Below are positions 57,937 to 64,000 of a DNA stretch of 64,000 nucleotides, piece after piece. The stretch covers positions 2,176,001 through 2,240,000 of the forward strand of contig CAXXVL010000002.1 of NCBI GenBank assembly GCA_963667845.2. The letters are read 5' to 3'. Below the pieces are notes generated by a model that saw only the letters and a list, made by a program, of their open reading frames with translations, did not search any database and was not told where the DNA came from. The position numbers were made by a program, and so were the translations under genes. The stretch comes from Smithellaceae bacterium (GTDB taxonomy: Bacteria; Desulfobacterota; Syntrophia; Syntrophales; Smithellaceae). Numbering within the stretch: the first letter of the stretch is position 1; each line of letters opens with the position of its first letter.

Positions 57937-58085
57937 AGCAAGGAGTCTGCCAACGGTGAAATGTGATGAACTGTTTAAATTAATGGTTTAATAGCAATGA
58001 CTTGGAGCTGTCGAAGAGTATAAACGGCAAACACGGAAGGACCGGATCTGCCCTCAGCATTTGGCGGAACCTCAGCATGCTGAGG
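57937..58085 (-). promoter_or_regulatory. Sigma-54 promoter cassette 8
   Basis: TTGGCAGACTCCTTGCT (57953-57937); IHF-like TAGCAATGACTTG at 57992; UAS CCTCAGCATTTGGCGG at 58052 and the perfect palindrome CCTCAGCATGCTGAGG at 58070. Confidence 0.92.
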
Positions 58086-58137
58086 GAAGGATTTGAGGAT
58101 TCGGACCCCTTGCAGTGGGCGCGAGACAGAAGACGGA

Positions 58138-58179
58138 GATAGTAGATAGTAGATAGTGGATAGTGGATAGTGGATAGTA
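58138..58179. repeat. Heptamer tandem repeat (GATAGTR)x6
   Basis: gatagta x2, gatagtg x3, gatagta. Confidence 0.9.
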
Positions 58180-58233
58180 GACAGAATTCGCAACACGGGA
58201 TCTTAATGATTCGGACTTCCGTCGGCCCGATTT

Positions 58234-59904
58234 TTACGGCTTCGACGGCAGAGTAAAGTAAAAGGCTGCTCCCTTGTCCAGCTCTCCCTGGGCCCATACT
58301 TTGCCGCCGTGTCGCTTGACGATGTGCTGAACAATGGCCAGTCCTATGCCTGTGCCTTCAAACTCCGCATTGCTGTGGAGGCGCTGAAAAACACCAAACA
58401 GCTTATTATAATATTCCATGCTGAAACCGGCGCCGTTGTCTCTTATGCAATAAACAATTCTGCCGGCCTCGGGGTAACTGCTGATTTTGATGATCCCCGT
58501 TCTGCGATTTTTGGTAAATTTAACGGCATTGGAAATCAGATTGAAAAGCACTTGCCGGACGAGGGCCGGGTCTCCATAGGCGGGCAGGATCTCTGTGATC
58601 TGAAACTCCAGCGTCCTTTCCTTAGTGACCTCCCTGAGGTCATCGCATATTGTTTTCGCCAGCCCGGCCATGTCGATTGCCGCGCTTTTCAGCGGTGCCG
58701 TTTGTGTCCTGGAAAAGGCCAGTAGATCTTCAATCAGCGTGCCCATCACCTTGGTGCTGTCTCTGATCAGGTTTAATTGTCGTCGGGTATTCTCATCAAA
58801 GTCATCCGGCTTCCTGAGCACGATCCGGGCAAAACCATCGATGGCCCGAAGAGGCGTTTGGATGTCGTGCGATATGGAATAGCTGAAGCTTTCCAGCTCA
58901 TTGTTCGCTTCTTCAAGCTGCGCTGTGCGTTCTTCCAGATTTTTTTCAGTCTGTTTGCGGCCGGTTATGTCTTCAACCATCCGGAGAGCATACTTGGGGC
59001 AGCTGCGGGAATCCCTGACCATGCCGGCGGTGAGTTGGCCCCAGACCACGCTGCCGTCCTTGCGGATGTATCGTTTTTCCATGGTGAAGCTGTCTGTCCC
59101 GCCATTTTGCATCATTCGTAAATTGTCCAGCTCGGCTGGGATATCCTCCGGGTGCGTGATATCCTTCAAGGCCACCCCCGTGATTTCTTCCTCCGAGTAA
59201 CCGAGCATCCGGCAAAATTCAGTATTGGCACGCATTATCCTTTGATCGGCGTCCACCATAGCCGCGCCGATGGGTAATCTGTCAAAGGTCAACCGGAAGA
59301 GCTCTTCGCTCTCGCGCAGCATTGCTTCCATCTTCCTGCGTTCAGTGACGTCACTCATCATTGTGTGATACACGGACGTTCCGCAAGCATCCTCGGACAT
59401 TGTTACCTCCATCTGACACCGGAAGGGAGGTTTCCCCTGCCTGAGGACTCCTATTTCACATACTTGCCGTGTCCGGGTCTCAATTAACGCCTGGTGGCTG
59501 TGGTAGTAGATGTCCCGGTCTTCGGGAAGGATAAATCGTGTCAAGGGCTGATTGACAAGGGCGCTTCGCGCGAGGCCCAGCATGTTGGCGGCAGTGAGAT
59601 TGGTCTCCAGGATCTGCCCGGTCTTACTGAGGGTGACATAGCCGACGGGAGCCAGATCATATAGGTCGAAATACCGCCCCCGCGAGGCTTCCAGCTCTCT
59701 TTGCGTCCGGCGGAGCTCCTCGTTCTGCATGACGAGCTCGATCTGATGGACCTGCAGCTCGTTGTATAAACGAAGCACGTCGCCGGGTCTTTGTATCTCG
59801 CGGTCTTTCGGGATGCGGGCCGTTTTTCCCCCGGGAGAATTTTTTGCCGGCTTCTGCAGATCGTTTTCCTGCTTTCTATGGTCTTTTTTAGCGGTCATCA
59901 TCAC
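58234..59904 (-). CDS. Cytoplasmic PAS-PAS histidine kinase
   Basis: SYSISHDIQTPL H-box, NLISNAVKF, DNGAGF, GTGIGLAI; no TM segment and no receiver domain. Confidence 0.93.
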   Translation of the reverse strand: MMMTAKKDHRKQENDLQKPAKNSPGGKTARIPKDREIQRPGDVLRLYNELQVHQIELVMQNEELRRTQRELEASRGRYFDLYDLAPVGYVTLSKTGQILETNLTAANMLGLARSALVNQPLTRFILPEDRDIYYHSHQALIETRTRQVCEIGVLRQGKPPFRCQMEVTMSEDACGTSVYHTMMSDVTERRKMEAMLRESEELFRLTFDRLPIGAAMVDADQRIMRANTEFCRMLGYSEEEITGVALKDITHPEDIPAELDNLRMMQNGGTDSFTMEKRYIRKDGSVVWGQLTAGMVRDSRSCPKYALRMVEDITGRKQTEKNLEERTAQLEEANNELESFSYSISHDIQTPLRAIDGFARIVLRKPDDFDENTRRQLNLIRDSTKVMGTLIEDLLAFSRTQTAPLKSAAIDMAGLAKTICDDLREVTKERTLEFQITEILPAYGDPALVRQVLFNLISNAVKFTKNRRTGIIKISSYPEAGRIVYCIRDNGAGFSMEYYNKLFGVFQRLHSNAEFEGTGIGLAIVQHIVKRHGGKVWAQGELDKGAAFYFTLPSKP

Positions 59905-60049
59905 GCTGTCTTTCTGAAAATAAAAGGGTTTTAATCAACTGCCCCTGAGAGTTGACGGATGGATCTGATAACTGAGAGTAGGCTTTGCGATAATCAACCC
60001 TGTTGAATTAAAGCACAGAGCACGGGGATGTCAAATGAGGAGATGAGTG

Positions 60050-60155
60050 AACAGAACAGAAGTCAGAATCCAGAAGATAGTGGATAGCGGATAGTGGATG
60101 GGGGATAGAAGATAGAAGCAAGAAGTCAGAATAAAAATCATTCTGTACTCTATCT
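60050..60155. repeat. Mixed heptamer repeats
   Basis: cagaagt/cagaatc, gatagtg/gatagcg and gatagaa units. Confidence 0.65.
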
Positions 60156-62204
60156 TTAACTCCGTTTCTTTATCTGAGGCCGGATGATCCCTAGTTTATG
60201 CATCCGTGCGCGAAGCGTGCTGGCGTTGAGGCCCAGGATCGCCGCGGCCCCGTCCTTTCCTTCGATGCGCCACTTGGTTTCCAAAAGAATTTTCAGCATC
60301 TGGCTGCGTTCCGTTGCTTCCAGGGTCCTGACGGCGGATGACACGGTGGGGGACTGAATCTCCAGTCTATCCGCCAGATGCAGAACGGGGCCTTGGCACA
60401 AGATGACGGCCCGTTCAATGATGCTCTCCAGCTCACGGACATTTCCGGGCCAGGGATAGTCCTGCAGTGTCTGCATCGTCTCCTTCGAAATCGTCGTGAT
60501 CTGTTTGCCCAATTTCCTGGAATACCTCTCGACGAAGGCCTGGACCATCAGCGGGATATCGTCCTGCCGCAGCCGTAGCGGTGGGACGGTGATGGGGAAG
60601 ACGTTGAGCCGGTAGTAAAGGTCCTGACGGAACCGGCCCTCGCGGACTTCCTTTTCGAGGTCCCGATTGGTTGTCGCCACGAGCCGGACATCAACCTTGA
60701 TGGTATAGGATGAGCCCAGGCGCTCGAACTCGTGATGTTGAATCACCCGCAGCAGTTTTATTTGCAGCTCGAGCGGCAGCTCCCCGATCTCGTCGAGGCA
60801 GAGGGTGGAGCCATTGGCGATCTCGAATCGGCCCATCCGCCGGGTATCGGCCCCGGTAAAGGCGCCCTTTTCGCGGCCGAATAATTCACTCTCGATTAAA
60901 TTGGCCGGAAGCGCGGCACAGTTGACCGTGATCAGAGGCTTCTCCCGGCGGGGGCTCAAGTTATGGATGGCGGCGGCGACCAGTTCCTTTCCCGTGCCGG
61001 TTTCACCGAGGATCAGGACCGTTGTGTCCGCCTGCGCCACTTGCTCGGCCCGGTACAGAACATACTTGAGGCCGTCGCTTTCCCCGATAATATTCTCAAA
61101 TTGATGCTGCATTTTGTGCTCTTGGCGGAAGTAAATATTCTCGGCCTCAAGCTGGTCTTTCATGGCTGCAATTTCCGATAGAGCCGTCCGCAGTTCGGCC
61201 GTCCGCTCTTCCACCTGCACTTCGAGGCCGTCATGCGCGACTTTGAGGGCCTCTTCCGCCTCCTTGCGCTTGGTGATGTCCTCCGCATAGATGCGCGCCA
61301 CTTTCAGGTGAGGAGGCACAATGATGCTTTCGATAAACGTCCGACCGTTTATTTCCACCTCACGGACCGCATATCGCCCATCGTATTCCTGTTCCTGTTC
61401 CTGTTCCTGTTCCTGTTCCTGTTCCTGTTCCTGTTCCTGTTCCTGTTCCTTGATTATCTTAGCCAGATCATGCGGGAGAAAGAGATGGATATCATTGTCC
61501 GGGAGATTTAACTTTTTCAACATCCTTGTCGTTGCAGCATTGAAAAAAATGATCCGGCCCTGAAGATCCGTTTCAATGACCGGATGGGGATTGAGTTCGG
61601 GAAATGAAGCAAGATGCTCAATCTTCGCTTCTGCCGTTTTGTGCTCAGTGACATCAATGATCGTCGTATGGATGTTACGGGCTTCGCCGACGCTATTATT
61701 ATCCACAATACTGTGGAGCTGCGCCCAGAAAATCGTGCCGTCTTTTCTCTTCAGACGGATTTCACAGGTCCGGCTGCTCTCTTCGTGCATGACTTCTGTG
61801 CAGTGTCCTGAAAAAATTTCTCTCCCGTTCGCATCGGCAATAAAACCGACAAAGGATTTACGGGTCACCCCCCGCCTCTCGACTTCCAGCAGTTTTGCAC
61901 CGGTCAGATTGACGTCCTGGATCAGTCCCTGCGCATCAATTGTATAATAGCCGACGGGTGCAAAATCATAGAGATCGACATACTTGTTGCGCGATGCCTC
62001 CAGCTCTTCCCGGGCTTGCCTGAGCTCTGCATTTTGCATTTCCAGTTCAATCTGGTGGACTTCCAGTTCATGGACAAGTCTTTTCGCGCCTTTTTCGGAA
62101 TGGGGCGGACGCAAATCCGCCTTATTCTTGCGCAGCCGTTCCTCCGCTTGCCGGCGCAGCGCAGCTTGGGCTGTTGGCTTGCTCTTGTCTTTGATGGTGC
62201 CCAT
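60156..62204 (-). CDS. PAS-PAS sigma-54 enhancer-binding protein
   Basis: N-terminal coiled coil, two PAS-like domains, GETGTGKE, GAFTGA, WPGNVREL, HTH STLRARM. Confidence 0.94.
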   Translation of the reverse strand: MGTIKDKSKPTAQAALRRQAEERLRKNKADLRPPHSEKGAKRLVHELEVHQIELEMQNAELRQAREELEASRNKYVDLYDFAPVGYYTIDAQGLIQDVNLTGAKLLEVERRGVTRKSFVGFIADANGREIFSGHCTEVMHEESSRTCEIRLKRKDGTIFWAQLHSIVDNNSVGEARNIHTTIIDVTEHKTAEAKIEHLASFPELNPHPVIETDLQGRIIFFNAATTRMLKKLNLPDNDIHLFLPHDLAKIIKEQEQEQEQEQEQEQEQEQEQEYDGRYAVREVEINGRTFIESIIVPPHLKVARIYAEDITKRKEAEEALKVAHDGLEVQVEERTAELRTALSEIAAMKDQLEAENIYFRQEHKMQHQFENIIGESDGLKYVLYRAEQVAQADTTVLILGETGTGKELVAAAIHNLSPRREKPLITVNCAALPANLIESELFGREKGAFTGADTRRMGRFEIANGSTLCLDEIGELPLELQIKLLRVIQHHEFERLGSSYTIKVDVRLVATTNRDLEKEVREGRFRQDLYYRLNVFPITVPPLRLRQDDIPLMVQAFVERYSRKLGKQITTISKETMQTLQDYPWPGNVRELESIIERAVILCQGPVLHLADRLEIQSPTVSSAVRTLEATERSQMLKILLETKWRIEGKDGAAAILGLNASTLRARMHKLGIIRPQIKKRS
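61386..61448 (-). repeat. In-frame microsatellite (GAACAG)10GAA encoding (EQ)10E
   Basis: Perfect hexamer run inside the activator gene. Confidence 0.95.
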
Positions 62205-62222
62205 CTTTGCTCCTTTGTGTCC

Positions 62223-62400
62223 AGGTTCAAGGTTCAGGGTTCAAGGTTCAAGACTGAAGGTTCAAGGTTCAAGGTTAATTTTTGTGGCCTTCGGCGTTTA
62301 ATCTTTCTGGATGCCAACGTTCGTCGGCATGACGATGCCTTTCCTCTGGTCCTTCAGTTTCTCGCCCCCGTAAGGGGGGCATCCTTGATCCTTGAACCTT
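62223..62400. repeat. (AGGTTCA)n heptamer arms enclosing small hairpins
   Basis: aggttcaaggttcagggttcaaggttcaag... and the complementary ccttgatccttgaacctt; internal gcccccgtaaggggggc hairpin. Confidence 0.75.
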
Positions 62401-64000
62401 TATCCTTCTTTTTTCAGCTTCTCTATTTCTTCGCGCAGTTCGGCTTCCAGCTTCTTGGCGGCGGTGATGTTCGAAAAGGTGATTACGACGCCGCCGATGA
62501 CGTCTTCCATGGTGCGGTAGGGCATGATGCGCACGGAAAACCAGCGCCCGTCCGCCGTGGCAATCTGTTTTTCCGAAAAAACCAGCGTCCTCAGCACGTC
62601 CCGTGCTTCTTCGGTCATCGTGGGATACGTGAGGTCGCTGACAATGTCGGAGAGGGGCCGCCCCACGTCGCCGGGGAGCAGTTTGAAGAGTTTATCTGCC
62701 CCGGGGGTAAAGCGCCGGATATGGAGGTCGTTGTCCAGAAAGATGGTGACGATTTCCGTGCTGTTGAGCAGATTCCTCATGTCGTTGTTTATCCGGGCGA
62801 GCTCATCCATTTTGGATTGCTGCTCGGCGTTTACCGTTTGCAGCTCCTCGTTCATCGATTGCATCTCTTCCCGGGACGTGGTCAGCTCTTCATTGGTGGA
62901 TTGCAGCTCCTCGTTCGTGGACTGGAGCTCCTCGTTGGCGGACTTGAGCTCTTCCTGCGAGGATTGCATTTCCTCGCGGGTGGTCTGAAGTTCTTCGCGC
63001 AAATGCTTCAGTTCCCGCTCCAGCTCCGAAACCCGGGGATGGCCCGCAGGCGCGGCCTTGGCGCCGGCCTTGACTTTCTTTTTGTCTGGTGCTGCCACAT
63101 CGGCAAAGACAATCATGACCATTCCCCTGAGCGCTTCCGGTTCTTCGATGGCCGTGACGGTAATGTCGACGGCGTGAGCGCCGCTCGATTCATCAGCGGT
63201 GAGACTCTGGACGGTGACCGGCCCTTTTTGCTTGAGGGCCTTCTGAAAGGCCCGTCCGAGTTCAAAGCGCAGCCCTTCGCGCGCCATGGCGAAAATATTC
63301 CAGTTGGCCTTGCCGGCGGCCGGCTCCAGATATTTGCCCGTCCGCCCGCTGATGTAGAGAATGTCCCCCTTGTTATTGACCAGCACGGCGGGGGGAGAAA
63401 AGCGCTGCAGAAGCAGCTGGTCCGCGAGTGACTGAAGATTAGCAGCAGGTTTCATATTCAACTCCTTGGGAACTCCCGGCAGGGTGTGGACAAAAAAGGC
63501 CGGAAACACAGCGGGTTCGGCCATAACGACTGAATCGAGCCGAAGGAATTGACGCGACTTGATGTCGAGCGGCGCAAAGAGATCGGTGAACGCGCTGATG
63601 GTCTCCGAATTGCCCAGAAACAAAATGCCGTCCGGATTCAGGCTGTAGTGAAAGAGCGGAAAAAGTTTTTTCTGCAGTTCCGGCGTCAGATAGATTAAAA
63701 GGTTGCGGCAGATGAGAATATCGAGCCTGGTAAAGGGCGGGTCCATGATAACGTTTTGCGTGGCGAAAGTCACCATCTCGCGGATCTCCTTGACGACCCG
63801 GTAGCCGCCGTCTTCCTGGATAAAGAACCGTTTCAGGCGCGCGGGCGAGACGTCCGCGGCGATGCCCGCCGGATAGAACCCCTGGCGGGCCTTATCGATG
63901 GTTTCCCGGTCCAGGTCGGTGGCAAAGATGTGCAGCTTGAAATCCTGCACTGGCTTGGCCTCTCCTGCGGCCTCCTTGAAGACCATGGCCAGCGAATAGG
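62400..64000 (-). CDS. CheR methyltransferase-PAS-coiled-coil-PAS protein (CheB/CheR-fusion type), 5' end beyond the window
   Basis: IFATDLD, DPPFTRLDILICRNLLIYL, LFLGNSE; EELQSTNEE heptads; C-terminal PAS (IRRFTP..GRPLSD). Confidence 0.9.
   Translation of the reverse strand, partial: YSLAMVFKEAAGEAKPVQDFKLHIFATDLDRETIDKARQGFYPAGIAADVSPARLKRFFIQEDGGYRVVKEIREMVTFATQNVIMDPPFTRLDILICRNLLIYLTPELQKKLFPLFHYSLNPDGILFLGNSETISAFTDLFAPLDIKSRQFLRLDSVVMAEPAVFPAFFVHTLPGVPKELNMKPAANLQSLADQLLLQRFSPPAVLVNNKGDILYISGRTGKYLEPAAGKANWNIFAMAREGLRFELGRAFQKALKQKGPVTVQSLTADESSGAHAVDITVTAIEEPEALRGMVMIVFADVAAPDKKKVKAGAKAAPAGHPRVSELERELKHLREELQTTREEMQSSQEELKSANEELQSTNEELQSTNEELTTSREEMQSMNEELQTVNAEQQSKMDELARINNDMRNLLNSTEIVTIFLDNDLHIRRFTPGADKLFKLLPGDVGRPLSDIVSDLTYPTMTEEARDVLRTLVFSEKQIATADGRWFSVRIMPYRTMEDVIGGVVITFSNITAAKKLEAELREEIEKLKKEG

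Noticed and set aside
14919..58085. Promoter cassettes read as a MITE or ncRNA family
   Set aside because: Only three short boxes and their spacing are conserved; there are no terminal inverted repeats or target duplications, and position tracks gene starts.
62016..63431. 471-aa plus-strand ORF
   Set aside because: Antisense to the CheR and activator genes and runs through heptamer repeats.
62400..64000. Chemotaxis operon
   Set aside because: No MCP, CheA, CheW or CheY in the window; the architecture matches CheB/CheR-PAS fusion signalling proteins.
1..64000. rRNA, tRNA, riboswitch, integrase or transposase
   Set aside because: None recognised by eye; a covariance-model search would be needed to exclude small RNAs.

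Overview
Bacterial chromosome segment whose gene content suggests an anaerobic deltaproteobacterium (Syntrophales-like; inferred only). Bases 1-12.7 kb hold + strand genes: an acyl-CoA catabolic operon (AbfD-like dehydratase, acyl-CoA ligase, 3-hydroxyacyl-CoA dehydrogenase, thiolase), two SDRs, a CMD-family protein, SRAP and an AsmA-like protein. Bases ~12.9-64 kb form a mostly minus-strand stress and envelope island. It encodes BON/OsmY x3, CsbD, Usp x2, YtxH, DUF3309, DUF3096, lmo0937-like, ferritin-like, Spy/CpxP-like, cardiolipin synthase, Cti, two ice-binding-type lipoproteins, two B12 radical SAM enzymes, OmpA proteins and a class A PBP. The main discovery is non-coding. Eight dispersed ~150-bp promoter cassettes share one geometry: a sigma-54 -24/-12 box, an IHF-like box 39-41 bp away, and a tandem pair of CCTCA-N6-TGAGG-type sites 98-100 bp away. 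A ninth, divergent sigma-54 box shares one enhancer. The island also encodes two paralogous sigma-54 activators without receiver domains, a PAS histidine kinase and a CheR-PAS protein. Together these suggest a self-contained sigma-54-dependent general-stress regulon, possibly controlled by methylation. All family assignments come from motif recognition by eye, not database searches.
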